In this document: positions 39,579 through 53,300 of the stretch, piece by piece | Position numbering within the stretch: the stretch's first letter is position 1 | Layout: each line of letters opens with the position of its first letter | Assembly (NCBI GenBank): GCA_035084275.1 | Contig: CM068745.1 | Span: forward strand, 5,208,001 to 5,272,000 | DNA length: 64,000 nucleotides | Origin: Hydrolagus colliei | Lineage: Eukaryota | Reading direction: 5' to 3' | The notes under the pieces: model-generated | What the model was told of the DNA's origin: nothing | What the model saw: the letters and a program-made list of their open reading frames with translations, nothing else | Database searches by the model: none | Made by a program: the position numbers and the translations under genes

Positions 39579-42500
39579 TAATAAACCCAAATGGGATTTA
39601 TTGAGTTAATTGCAACTTCCAGTTTGCGAAATTCATAGTCTGCAAAATCTCAAGTTAGCAAAGTCCAAGAAAAACAACAATGAGCAAAACAGAGTCAGGT
39701 CATGTTCCACCGGTAGTTTTCATTGCTGGATTCTTTTCAGCCCTTTCTCACTTCATTACCCTTGCAGAGTTACTCTTGACTTTTGCAAATGAATGTAGTG
39801 CAAAAACAGGAATTTTCAATAAACCCATGGTTTCAAATATTGCAAATCGGAACCCAGCGGGTTCTCTTGGGTTGTCCTCCTGATGTGAACGGCGCTATAA
39901 ATGTGTAATTTTGTTGTTGTTGGTAGATTTAATCGCACTTAGATTAACATAGGTTATATCTAGAGTGAAGTGTGAGATTGTCAATTTATGCCATTAGAAT
40001 TGGGCTAAAACTGCCTCATTTCACATCATAAAAACCCTTTCTTTCCATCAATTTAGCCTGGAGTTGAACCCAGATCTCACAGGTGAAGGAAGGTAGTCTA
40101 ACCCAGTGTGCTCCTCAGACTCCTGCTCCCCATAGTTTATTTTAACCAGCTGTTGAGGAAATGAGCTGACCACAAGGTGACAGGAAGTCAATGACTAATC
40201 TGACCTCAGGCAAGTGGCAAGCATCACGCTCCTGTTACCAGAATATCAAATGTGCTCTTGAAGTGCTGCCTGGAGGCTTTCCAAGTTAACATCACAACTA
40301 AAATAGCCAAGATCCAAATAAAGTTTATTTGTTGGATTTGAAACAAACTGATTAAAACCGAGTTAACACTTTAATTTTTGACATAAAAGGCTATTAGAAG
40401 TTGGGAAATGTAATAATCAAGGTCAATTGAAGTCGAGTCAATCATATTTGGGAATTAGCTTGAAACTTGAAGATTAAAATAATAATAATAATCTTTGCAT
40501 TCAATATAGCGCTTTTCACATCTTCTAGACGTCTAAATGTCTGCACAGAATATACTGTAAAGTGAATTGACTGTATATATGTTGACGAAACGTGGCAGCC
40601 AATTGTGCACAGCAGTGTCCCACAAGCAGTCGTGGATTGAAATGACCAAACCGGTTTTTTTTTGAGGGATTATTATTAGGTGTGTGGTGAAAGGAAACTT
40701 GCCCAAAGTTTCGCCCTGACTGAAATTGAACCCAGGTCTCTCGCTTGTAAGGCGAGTGCTCTGAGCACTGAGCTACAGGACTAGAGTGTGAAGAGCATGG
40801 GGAACGAGCAGAGAAATAAGATTAGAGTAGATTTCACCATCAGGGAGCTCACGTACCATAGGTATAATGAGCCGAAAAACCCAATTCAGTGCTGAAATTT
40901 CTAGGATTCCATCATTGAAACAGGAAACAAATTCCATGTGGTGACATGAACACACTGGTGCAACACCACTTTAAAAGAGGTTGAGCCAAAGTCTGGTTAC
41001 GAACCTCCCGAGACAACAACTACACAAGAGTAACCCTCAGGTAGCTGTGCCAAGAATGTGGATTAATCTGTTTGGATACTCCTTGAACTTCTTACTCCTT
41101 TGCAACAAGCTGCTGTGAAAAGCTGCTAAAAATGGCTGATGTAAAATTTCAAAGTCATGCTCCATTTGTTCCCATTGTGTTGAACAACATCTTGTGCATG
41201 GTAGACTAGAGAACCGAAAGCAACGTGTTGTTGTTATTAATACTATGAAAGCAGTGCTAACATGTAGTTGAGGTTCACATGGGAAATGGTGCCCAGAATT
41301 TAATAGCGGTTTGTGGCAGTGAACGTGTCAAGTGGCCATTTCAGACACTGCAATTGTTGTAATAACTATGCTCTCCCACACAAATGTTCAAGTTGGCTTA
41401 ACAAGAGTTTTGTTTCATCGTCAAACATTTCATCCATCATTAATTAAATCAACAAAGATCGTTTTGGTTAACAAGGAGAAATTCACTGAGGCTTTAAGTT
41501 ATGTGTTCCACAGTGACCTAGGTAGACACACGATCTTACAAGGTTAATAATTCTAAATTGTGATGTGAATACTGAATCATTAACAGGACAGTATCCTGTT
41601 TTCTTGGCCAGATAAAGTGACATTAGATTTCCTCAGCCTGCTGCACTAATCCTTGAATTACTGAAAGGTTGAGCTTCCATTAGAACAGTCGAAACATTTG
41701 TTTTCCTTCCATGTCTAAAGGATAAACAGAAATGTATAGGCTTGTGCAGACATTGTGGAGCTCAACTCTTCGCATTCTGTCAACACAGAATTTGGTACAT
41801 ATAAAGAAATTGGTCAGCCACAAACAAATGTACAAAACAAATTAATAGAATTATGCATAAGATTGTGCAGTGCTGAAGCATTCGATATTCTAACACAATC
41901 TAAACCTTTGAACAGAATTTTTTCAACAAGACTCACAAATCAGAAATGGTGCTTTCTCTGACAGGATATTACACTGACCCACAAATCTTCACTCTCAAAA
42001 CACTTCTCAAGCAGAATGTGGAGCAGAGTTCCTGCTGATCTGCATCACAAAACATATCCTAATGAAAAAGATAGTCAGGCAGCCTATTTCCTCACCTTCC
42101 AGGTGCTACTGTAACTGAATGCAACAGGAGTGACTCAACAACAATAACGATTTGCACTTAACAGCACTTTTCACATTGGGAGAACTTTATAAGAGAGCTT
42201 CATAAAGACAAGAGTGGTGTGGGAGCCCGGGCTAGAGAAAATGATAGCAGAATCAGTTTGGCTTTTGTGAACCTACAGATTCAGTGGAGTTAAATGAATC
42301 AGTTGCACCTTTTGAACAAGCATAAAATTGGTGTTTTACTGCAGTATATTTTTGGTGCAAAACACTGCGCTATCATTTATGGCAATCTTTAGATACGATT
42401 TAAACAATTTGATCTAAGATTTAACACACACAAATTGCTCATTTGCTATCAGGAAATTGGAAAACGCCTGCTGGAACGGCTCATAAGGACAGGATTGGGT

Positions 42501-42786
42501 TTGTCAAAGTCCATACAAGATAATATTGAGTGAGTTACTAAAGAGTGCCTGACACTCAGGGAACCATATGACAGTAGAAGACAAAATGAGTCCAGAAATC
42601 CTCAGCAAACTAAAGAAAATGCACAAAATTCTTGGCCCAACACTGAAATGCGATTGTCTAAATCGGGCAACCAGCTCTTGTGAAACAGCAACCCAGCAGA
42701 GCGGGGAGAAGATAAAAAAAAACAGATCACACCAAACTTATATATGTATGTGTGTGTATATATATATATAAATAAATAAATCTTAC

Positions 42787-42951
42787 ATTCTGTCAACAAG
42801 CCGCTTGGTCAAGGCTAGCAAAGACCTGCTGCTCTTCCTACGTGGATCTTCTATAGCCTGTTGTTCTGTAGCATGGGTACGAGAAGCTGCAGAGAGCCTC
42901 ACCTCTGCCGAAAGTGAATGTGTTGGGATTTCTTCCTTTCCAACAATAAAC
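42787..42951 (-). CDS. TMEM135: TMEM135 internal exon (~exon 8), 165 nt, FIVGKEEIPTHSLSAEVRLSAASRTHATEQQAIEDPRRKSSRSLLALTKRLVDR(I)
   Basis: tgttag|G TTT ATT...AGA AT|gtaaga; phase 2-2; conserved FIVGKEEIPTHS followed by a variable linker. Confidence 0.95.
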
Positions 42952-43948
42952 CTAACAGACAGGCATCATTAATAGCATTTACAACAAATAGCAAGCAAGA
43001 AAATATCAAATACATTCAATCCCAGAACTCCTATTGGAATCATTCTAAGGTCATACAAACAAGTATTAAACAAAATTTATGAATGGTGACCAATAATTTA
43101 GTGGTCATAAACTTAAGGTTATTCTTTTTAAAAAGTAATAATTAAGTCTGCAAAGTCTTTCGCCATAGACAATATTGTTCAACTAATGGCTAAATGAGTT
43201 CAGCTCTTTCAAGGGAAACTCAATATGAAACAAAATCGTATGTAACTGTTGAGATGACCTGAGACAATTAAGAAATACAAAGGCAGATCCGGGCTACCAC
43301 TTCTTCGGAAACTATCAATGTAGCAATAATTACAGTCATGAACTTTGGCTGCTTCCAACTTGGCCGGCACATCTTTGGAGGACGATTTGGCAAACCGCAG
43401 ATTATCTATCACCCAAAGCTGGGGTCTAATGGTTGATTTGTGCTAACCATGCTGAACACATGCATAAAGCAATTACTACAGAAGATTCTGTGATCTTTTT
43501 CATTGGTTAATTGAAAATTAAGTTTATCACAAATTCCTTCTTTATTATAATAATAATAACAATGGCAAATCTTGCATTTGATATATCACATTATCACATC
43601 GTTGAGATGTTTTATAGCGCTTCACAAAATATAGACACTGAATTGACTGTATATGTTGTGGGTGAAAAACAGCAGCAAATTGCACACTCCAATGTCCTAC
43701 AAACAATGATGGATTGAAAGACTACATTTATATACGTGTTTAACACAACCCACAAATTAAATAGCAACTTGATGTAGCTGTCTTCAAAATAAAAATACCT
43801 TTACTCAATTACTGGCATTAGAGGGTTAGACGAGTAAAAGCTGTCAATAAGAACAAGCCACGATTTAAACTTATCTGTAATTTATAATTAAACTCAAAAT
43901 ACAAAACAGATGAATTTCTCAGAAGGCACACATTCAAATCTTACTAAC

Positions 43949-43990
43949 TTGAGAGCTGAGAAGGCAAATCCCTGGAGTCCATCTTTGCAT
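43949..43990 (-). CDS. TMEM135: TMEM135 internal exon (~exon 7), 42 nt, (R)CKDGLQGFAFSAL(K)
   Basis: ttccag|ATGCAAAGAT...CTCAA|gttagt; phase 2-2; matches the CKDGLKGFTFSALR segment of vertebrate TMEM135. Confidence 0.95.
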
Positions 43991-44716
43991 CTGGAAAGCA
44001 AATACAATGTAAATCAAATATCACCTATGTATCAAAGTGTACATTCTGCAAATTGGCACACAAATCAATCTTACATACTGCATCTTTAAGACCACTTTGA
44101 CACTACAATTGCAGTATAAAAGATTTCAGAGGTTTCGATTTTGAGCTACCCTCTGAAAGATATCTTCAAGAGATAGTTAACTGAATGGAATTCATACTGT
44201 CAGGGGGTATTAAACTGATTATACTCCATCTTTATCTAACAAATATATAAATGTATAGAATATTTATGTTAAAAGCTCTTTTGGTTTAAATGTTTTAAAA
44301 AGCAATATGGCACACTTGCCTCTTTAATATACTAATGAAACAAATCAGTGTTTGCCTGCTCAAAATTGTTTGAATACTGGAAGGATGTCAAATTGCCTTT
44401 TCAGTATAAACAGGTGTAGCTTACAACGATTTTTGCCAGGCTGTTGAGTTGTGAGACAACCTAGTCAATGGATGTTTTTCACCACACACAGTACTAGGAA
44501 ACATTTCTTAAGTGCTCTGTGAAAACCATACAGTATGTGACTGCCACTGAATGGGGAGTAGCAACTGGGGAATCTTAATTCACTGCTAATTCAAACTGTC
44601 TTAATCTCAATTTAATTCTCCAACGTGAATGTTCTGCCCATTTATAAAGCATTATATAGAGTTCAATGGAGTTCAGGTGATAGCATGTATGTGCTACACA
44701 ATGCAGTAGTCTATTA

Positions 44717-45651
44717 CAGTAAAAGCCCGTTTATCCGTGACCCAATCAACCGTAACGTCCGTATAACCGGCACCACAAAAGCTCCCCATTCGAATAACCA
44801 GATCTTATCTGGCACAATCACGGTGACACATTTAATGAATCGATTGTCGCACGAGAGTACAGTACGATTAGTTCTGAATACTGCCAGTAGTGGCACTTCC
44901 GGTTTTTCCTCTTAAAGCGGCACTGTCAGTTTTTCCCCTCTCTCCTTTTTCTATCTCTCCCTCTTTTTCTTTTGCTTTCTCTCTCTCCTTCCTTACTCTC
45001 TATCTCTCCCTCTCTCTTTCTATCTCTTCCCCTTTCTTTCTTTCCCTCTCTCTCTGACGGATACTATGTATTGCTTGTATAGCCTGACTGTATAGTGGGT
45101 TTATACATTGTTTTGCTGGGGGGGTGGGGTGGGAGGAGAGGCAGGGAGAGAGAGAGAGTGGGGGTGGGCGGGGAGGGAAAAGGGGGGGGGGGGGGGGGGA
45201 GAAAGAGAGAGGAGCGGGAGAGAGAGGGGTGAGTTGATTAATTTAGATGGAAAATTAGAGGAGTGGATGGGGGTTGGGTTTGGAGCCATTGAGATGCCAG
45301 ACTGACTGAGTGCGTATGTGAGAGAGAGAGAGAGAGAGAGAGGGAAGGAGGGAGAGAAAGAAAAAAAGGAAAAACTGACATGCCACTTTAAGAAGAAAAA
45401 ATTATTCCGTCCACCATTGTAGAAGTTTGCTTTGTGATTGTGCACTGTGTTTATAGACTGTAATCAATATTTATTGCTTTATTGGTAAGTATCCATACAA
45501 TATTCTGTTGTTATTTAGTTTGTTTCTAATACGGTATGTTTAAATATAAGTTAATTCTTTTTGTGTTGGGTTTTGCCACACGAATTTCCGGCACGCGGTT
45601 TAACCGGCATTGGCCAGATCCCGAGGGTGCCGGATAAACGGGCTTTTACTG
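44717..45651. mobile_element. Tigger/pogo-like MITE, long form
   Basis: Perfect 21-bp TIRs CAGTAAAAGCCCGTTTATCCG; TA duplication on both sides. Confidence 0.92.
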
Positions 45652-46012
45652 TACCTAAGAGATCATATTCACAGGTATTTAAAATGATATTCCTACTGGT
45701 TTCCCATTGTTGAAGTGCACCCAATTCTTCCATGAGACTACACTTAACAAGTTGAGGTATTTCTCTGGTTATGACTTTCATTCTGAAGACCAGTTTGATC
45801 CGATCCACTGGCTGTGTTCATATTTTCCTGGTTGACCTGTGGTCTTTGCTTGGAGCTTACTTCTTTACTATTCATTCCAACCTATTTTATCATTTTAGTT
45901 TTATGGGGGAAGAAAGATGGGAATCTATCAATTGATTTCTTTCAACTAAATGTTTTCATTGTCTGATCATTTCCTCTCTTTTTACCTCTACCTTCTCAGC
46001 ATTTCTCAGATA

Positions 46013-46208
46013 CAGTAAACTCCTATTGTATCTCAGATACAATAACTCATCACTCCAAGGGAAAAGGGCCCAGTGGTGAGTTATCAGGGGGTGGCTAGTT
46101 AGGCAGATGCATTAAAATGGAAATAAATTTGGCCAGGATATTGGGACTGTCATAGAATTAATTGGTAGTGACAAGTTAAGCCACAGTCAACTTATCTGGA
46201 ATTTACTG
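46013..46208. mobile_element. Older Tigger-like MITE
   Basis: TA|CAGTAAACTCC ... GGAATTTACTG|TA (1 mismatch in 11 bp). Confidence 0.65.
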
Positions 46209-46970
46209 TACTCAGTGTTAGTATATTTTAAGCTCAGTGTTAGTATATGAAACTTCTTACTTCAGGGCAGACACTGAACTAGGTGAGGCATACAGAAAAA
46301 TGCACTTTAACAAAAATAAGTTGGTAGAACAGGAAAGAAAGTAAGCTTACACTGAAACAGTTTTTGAAAGTGTAGTCTTGCCAGTGAAAGATGCTGAGAG
46401 AGTTTGGAAATATTCAAACAAAAGGAAATGGAGGGAGAAATCAGTGTAAAGCCAATTTAGACATTGCTTGAAAAGCCAGTTCAGATGAAGAGGATTATGG
46501 GCAGCTATAGAATAATACAGAAAGATTGAGGAGGATTGGACAGCATGTCACACAACGGTTTTCCACATTACAAAGCTTACATGAGGCTAAAGTATGCAAT
46601 CAAAGGCTAGCCTGCATTTAGCTCAAGTAAGAGAAGGTGAATTTCAATTTCTGCAGAAATAGATTTTGCTTGAATCTTTGAAGTTACCGTAGCAAACCTG
46701 ATATGGGTTCCAATGGAACTGAACAACACTAACTCTGTCAAAATTAAAACTGTTTATTCCTTACCAAGGTAATGCATAAATATACTACAGAAAGATGGAT
46801 TGATACCACTTTCCCATATCAAATGAAGATAGAAGTTGGTGCAGTGCAAATCTCTTGCCCCTGTGCAATGAATCAATTCCTTTGTGGAATTACAGCTGTA
46901 CCTACACTTTACCGGCTATAACTTTTATTAAAATACTATATTGTGACAAATGAGAATTTATGCTAAACTT

Positions 46971-47290
46971 TAATAATAATAATCCTTGCATTTGATATAG
47001 CGTTTTTCATGTCTTCTAGACGTCTCAAAGCACTTCACAGAATATACCGTTAAGTGAATCGACTGCATATATTTGTGGGCGAAACATGGCAGCCAGTTGC
47101 GCACAGCAGTGTCCCACAAACAGTCGTGGTTTGAAATGATCATTTTTTATTATTTATTTTTTATGGAGGGATTATTATTAAGTGTGTGGAGTAAGGAAAC
47201 TTGCCCAAGGTTTCGCCCTGACCTGCCTGGATTCGAACACAGGTCTCACTCTTGTAAGGCGAGCGCTCTAACCATTGAGCTGTAGAACTC
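46971..47290 (-). mobile_element. Full-length tRNA-derived SINE, short form; other copies 2216-2526(-), 10706-10984(-), 40481-40782(-), 49503-49803(-), 58681-58970(-), 63110-63350(+)
   Basis: Same head and tail as the long form, with acgcct joined directly to aataataatccctc. Confidence 0.92.
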
Positions 47291-48651
47291 AAATCTAGAC
47301 TGATATCAATGCTTGATAGTTGGATCCTGGGTTCACCATTAAAATACAATTCTTTTATTTAGCAGAACGGATGCTACCATAACAAAATAAGATATTTTGT
47401 CAGTTTGTTTTCAAAACTATTTTAGTAGATTACATGTCAACAAGCGCTATACTGTATAGCATTTCATTTGTAAGTTATTAAATTGAGCCTTATGCATTAT
47501 TAGGAATTGATGCTTGGTTTCACACAAAAAAGGTTGAACAGCATGGCTCAATTGGGTCTAAAATTGTGTGTTCAAACTCCATGTCGGACTTTGAGATTAT
47601 TGTCTAAACTACATTAAACTGATCATAGTCTAAGCTAGAGGAGCACTCACTAACTAACTCACTAACTGGGAGAAGTTAATTATGCCGTCGTTAGATGAAA
47701 CATTAAATCAGATCCACCCTCCTGTTCAGATCGATATTAAAGATCCCATGGCACTCTTCAACATAAGACAGGTTTTTGAATCTCCTCTCAGGGAGGAGGA
47801 ACCCCCGAAAAACTCAGAGAGAAACAGAAATGAACAAAGCTTTTTGTGGAAACATAACCAAGCAAAAGAGGAGAGAAAACAATATGTTGGAATGATTTGC
47901 TCCCAGCATATAATATATACTTGGAACAGAGGCGATGGCTCTCTCCAATAGAGTGCAGCTGGCAAATATCCCAAAGAGGAAGGGAGGATGCTTGTCTGCT
48001 GATCCTCTTTGAAAATCAAGTGTCCAATAACATTGGATACATTCCACTGAAGGGATAGAATAATGTGGTCAAGACCCCTGCGTGCAGAATCTAAATCCCT
48101 TTGGGTCTGAACGATCTTACAGGCAGCCAAGGATAGAAGAAATGGATTGCTAATGTTTAGTGTCTAGTATAGGAATACTCAGAAATCCAACCCACGCAGC
48201 AATTTTTTGTGGCATTCATACAGAGAATGCATTTTTATTGACTTCCATTCAGTTTAGTTTAAAGGTTTGAATGGTCAAAGTTTAAGCGTGACTTGTGTAG
48301 AAATCCAAGTGGCCAGTATTTTACAGGATGGCTTATCTTCAGGACAAGGAGAATCAGCCAAGTATATCAGCTAAGGTAACGCTAATGGAACAGTGGCCAC
48401 TTGGGGATTCAAAGATATTATAAGACTTGTCAGCTCATTAGTTACTAGTGGAGATTTTGGAACATAGATAGGGGTGGGGGGGATGAGGGCACAAGAAAGC
48501 CCCTTGTGAGCTGTGGCAGCGAGAGGCAATAGAAATTATTGATACAGTCGAATGCAACAGAAAGTGCCTCATGATGTATCTTCTTTGTAAAATGGGGGCT
48601 TTTACAGCACTAAATTTGATGAGTGGTTACCGTGTATAGAAAAGCTAACTA

Positions 48652-48847
48652 TAGTAAAAGCCCATTTATCCGGCACCCAATCAACCGTAACTTCCGTATA
48701 ACCAGCACCTCCAAAAAAAAGTCTGCATTCGATTAACCAGAATTTATCCAGATTTTTTTTTTTTTGCGTTTTCAGCCGAATATCCGGCACACACTTTAAC
48801 CGGCATTGGCCAGGTCCCGAGGGTGCTGGATAAACAGGCTTTTACTG
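48652..48847. mobile_element. Tigger/pogo-like MITE, short form of the same family as 44717
   Basis: Same termini and subterminal sequence (acccaatcaaccgtaac; ttaaccggcattggccag.tcccgagggtgc); TA flanks. Confidence 0.9.
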
Positions 48848-50011
48848 TACATAGTGAAAAGCCAACGTTGGAATGAAGTTCTGTGCATCCCTTGACATTA
48901 CGTACATTTACATTCTAATGGCTCTCACAGAGGCTTCTGGTGACAATATACACAGTGTTACACGGAGGAATGAGCTATGAGCTGGCCAATAAAAAAGTGA
49001 AGCCGGACCTTTTCCGCTCCAACTAGTCCTATCTGCTACAAATCTGCCATACATGTAATTTTCTCGCAACCCCACACCCTGCAAAATTCAGCAACAGCCT
49101 CCAGAATTATCACAAGATTTGTAAACCTCTCTGCTATCGTTTTGCAAAAAAGTCTGCAGTTTTCTATTGGCCCAGGCTATGTGCAATGATTAGACAAGTT
49201 AGGGTCCTACATTCTTGAGAGAAGACATCTCAGAGGAAACTGCATAGAAATGTAGAATATTTTAACAGTTTTTATTTTACTTATTTTATCAGTCCAAATA
49301 GAATATTTGGACTGATAAAATAAATCCAGAAAAAATACTTTCAGATGCACCGACTGTAGAACAAGAGGATATAGTTTGATCAGAATAATAATAATCTTTG
49401 CATCTGATACAGCGCTTTTCACATCTTCTAAGACATCTTCTAGAATTGTACGTCTAGAAAAGAATTGCATGCAAACAAACAGCAGAACGTATTTAATAAA
49501 AAATAAATAATCCTTGCATTTTGATAAGAGTGCTTTTGACATCTTCCAGACGTCTCAAAGCACTCCACAGAATATTCTGTAAAGTGAATTGACTGTATAT
49601 TTGTGAGCGAAACGCAGCAGCCAATTGTGCACAGCAGTGTCCCACAAACAGTTGTGGATTGAAATGAACAATTTTATTATTGTGTTTTTTTTGGGAGGGA
49701 TTATTATTAGGCGTGTGGAGTATGGAAATAGGGCCAAGGTTCCGCCCTGACCCGCCTGGATTCGAAGACAGGTCTCACGCTCTAACCACTGAGCTATAGG
49801 ACTTTATGGTTTTCTTTACCCAGAGTAATACTGATGAACAAGTTAACAGGTATATTGGACTCACTTTTGAAAAAAGTTAAGTTTAATAATGTGATGAGAG
49901 GACAGCAGGGAGGGTATTAAGGAAGGATGTGATCAGGTGTTTTGAAGACTCCTTTGCATCCAAGCTAACTTCAATCTTGTGATAGTTTGTCTATGCAGTT
50001 ATTGTTTTTTG

Positions 50012-50370
50012 GGTCAGCCTGGTGCAAGAGTAGCACTCTTGCCTCTGAGTCAGAAGATTGTGGGTTCAAACCCCATGTCAGGACTTGGATTACATAGACT
50101 AAGGTGGCATTGGTGGAGGTGCCATCCTTCAGATGAGTTAAATCGAGGACCTTTTTGCCTGTTTAAGTGATATTAAAGATCTATGGCATTATTCTAAAAG
50201 AGAAGGGAATTTTTCCCGGTGTCCTGACCAACAATCCCCCAAATAAAAAATTGGTCACTCGTTCTGCTGCTGTTTGTGGGACATTGCTGTGTGCCCACAA
50301 AATACACGATCAACCCACAAAATACACAGTAAATCCACTTTACAGTACATCCTGTGAAGCGTGTTGAGAT
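50012..50370 (+). mobile_element. Older DeuSINE (SacSINE1/AmnSINE-like) copy; relatives at 52185-52510(+), 54228-54480(+), 47545-47765(+), 26750-27070(-), 37355-37590(-), 2990-3080(-), 62355-62490(-)
   Basis: tagcactcttgcctctgagtcagaagattgtgggttcaa head and ggaggtgccatccttcagatgag..aaatcgagg...aaagatc.atggca, matching the recalled Deu-domain consensus. Confidence 0.8.
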
Positions 50371-53300
50371 GAAGATTCATGTTATTTGCTCACAATACGT
50401 TTTCCTGAAATCACTTGCCATGGATTCAATTTATAGTTGAGCCACGATAATCTACAAGATGCAAGCAACAAATAATTCCAAGTGACTAATATTTTTGTGC
50501 GTGTGCTGATATTGCCAAAGTCTATTAAATGTGACTAAATCATCAACTTGGCTTCAAAGCTATGGAAAATTTTGGATGAAATTTGGATTGCTGTACATGT
50601 TTAGAATAAAACCCAATCCTTCATTTTGTCTTCAGTACGCGAGTGCATATCAAATGAAAATATAAAAATACAAACAGAATTGTATTATACCCCCTCCTTA
50701 TTGCCACTACATTAGAAGCAAACCAATCCCACAATCTAAGTACTCTTAACAACCCCTCTTGCATTACAAATTATGGGAAAAATATTTTTGGACTAAGTTC
50801 ATTTGGTTACATTTGATCTCCAAATGGACTTTGTTGCATTTCTTGTGTTTCCATCCCATTTTTATTATTAATATTATCCTCAGGCACTTCAGTTTCTTCC
50901 TGTTGTGGGTATAGACTTGGATGGTATTCTCTCTCCCCTTCAAAAATCATAATACTGTAGCTCGCTGTTGTTTCTATGCAATAGAGGCATAAATTATTCT
51001 AATCTGTGATTATATAAGGTTTTGCTTAATTCTTGAGTTATGATAAGATTGTACATAAATTGAAGGCTAAAATAAAAAGCAAGAAAATAGAATCAGAGCA
51101 AATAGCTCCAATGAAGAGCCAGCTAGTATACACTGTCATTTTGGGCTGACTTACTTGTTTATGTACTGAATTTGATATGAAAAAATATTTTCAGGCACTT
51201 GAAACCGTGAAGACGAGTGTGTCGGAGATATTGAATTTTTTTTTAAAAGTACCCAAAGCATTTGGATCTCTATTGTTTTAATGCATGTTGCAGCAAACAA
51301 TACTGGTAACAGATTATAGTACTGTATATGAAACTTTTTATAGTAAAATAGGCATAATTTGCCACAGTTAGTTGTCTCAGATGCTAGTCACTTTTCAGTT
51401 TGGCCATTTCAAAATGAGATTTTATTCAACTCAGTTTTTGCTCTGGCTATTGGACAGGTTTTGTGGATGCGCGTTTTCCAATATTCTGATGTTGTATGAG
51501 ATATGTTGCTAACCTTCTTTGCAACACGACAAATCCTTTGATGAGCTTCAGCTGTTGATGGTGAGAACTTAATGCCCAGAAATAAATCCTGACATTTAAC
51601 AGATTGCTTCACCGGTATATTCAATGAGGCATTGGAAAATGTCCTTTGTTTTGTGGCTTACATTCATCACCATTTTCTACTCATGCCAGTCTGTGTGGAT
51701 GATTCGAAAGAACTGGCGCTTTTGGATAAGTGTCTTACTTCCAGCTGTTCCAATTTAAATTTTAAATTCTTGGGTATAAATTCTGATCAGAAGTTTTATT
51801 TTTTTTCTTTCTGTTATTTTTTCAACCATCTAGTTGAAGGCTCAGGAAAATAAGAAGGGGTGGGGCTCTCAATATAATCAAGACTCAAAACGCCCCCATA
51901 GCAATGAACTTTTACTGTTAAATATGTTACCAGTTCATCAGGAATGAAAACATTTGAAATATATAGAATGCCAAAGAAGTTACTGAAAAGAAAATACTTT
52001 CCAAGGGAGAAGGGGAATTAAGACTCCCACACTCTTCCTCCTAAATCGGTATCAGAACACAACACATGTTTAACAAGCGAGAGAGCAATTTCAGTATTTT
52101 TGCATTAAACAGCTTGAGCTTCAGCTTCAATAGTTTTTAATTTAATCCGTTAAGCGTTCCTTCTACTTATTGAGCCAAGCCATCTTGGTTCAGTTAGGAG
52201 CTCTCTCGCCTCTGGGGCAGACAGTTGTGGTTTTAAACTCAAGAGTCTAGGCTGAGACACCAGGGGTACTGCTCTGTCAGACACTCTGTTTTTTGGATGA
52301 GATGTGAAATCTGTTGAAATAGACACTAAATATCCTGTGGCACTTTTCAAAAAAGAGAAGGGAGCTTCTCCTGTTGCCCTGGCCAACAGTCCCCTAGATA
52401 AATTTGTCATTAACTTTGTGGTTACATAAATTGGGTGCTGTACTTTCTTGTAAATGACACTTGACAATAATTATCTGAAGAATCTTGAGATGTTTTGACC
52501 TGATTGGTGTTTTATCAAATCCCAAGATTATCATATCTTATTCACTCTAATTTTGATCCTGAATGCTTTGTTTCCACTTGACAGAATAAGCTAAAACCTA
52601 GAGTGTCATCCTTGGTAGGATGCAAGTGGGATCCCTTTGAAGCATCATCTCATCATTTTCTGCTAAAGTAAATGTTACGTGGAATACCTGACTACCTGAT
52701 CAGGTGGTCGTTAAAGATTCCATTTTACGATTGATACACATGCCGACAATAAAACAAAACAAGAAACTGCGTGTTTCCTCAAAGTGCTTGATGACTTTTG
52801 ACTGGATGTTTTTATAATGCAAATAAATTTTCAGCTTACAAATATTTACTGCAGTACTTCCATGTGCCTAAGGAGGTCCCCAGAGAACTGTTGGGTACTT
52901 TTCACCCCGTTCCTTCGCAGCACAAGAATCACAGGGTTCTGTGGTTCGAGTAAACAAAATTCAACATAATCGTCCCTTCTCTATGCCATGTAAATATGTG
53001 TATCAAGTGCATCCAAACAGAAAACGGTATAACACATAAAATCAACCACTATTAAACCACTGAACCTCTAAACTTATCAATCTTCCTCTCTACCACAGCA
53101 CAATTATATAATGTGATGCTTACGTTCTACTTTGAGAATGCTTCTTCAGATTTTTGTACAAATAAATGGGTGAAAAGTGCACAGGTCTTTCTGACAAAAC
53201 TTGCAGTGCATGTCTGTACAAATGTAATGAACAGCTAATGTAGAGTCATTCAAAGAGTTTCAGATGAGAAATTGCAAGCTTTGCTAACAAAATGTTCCTA

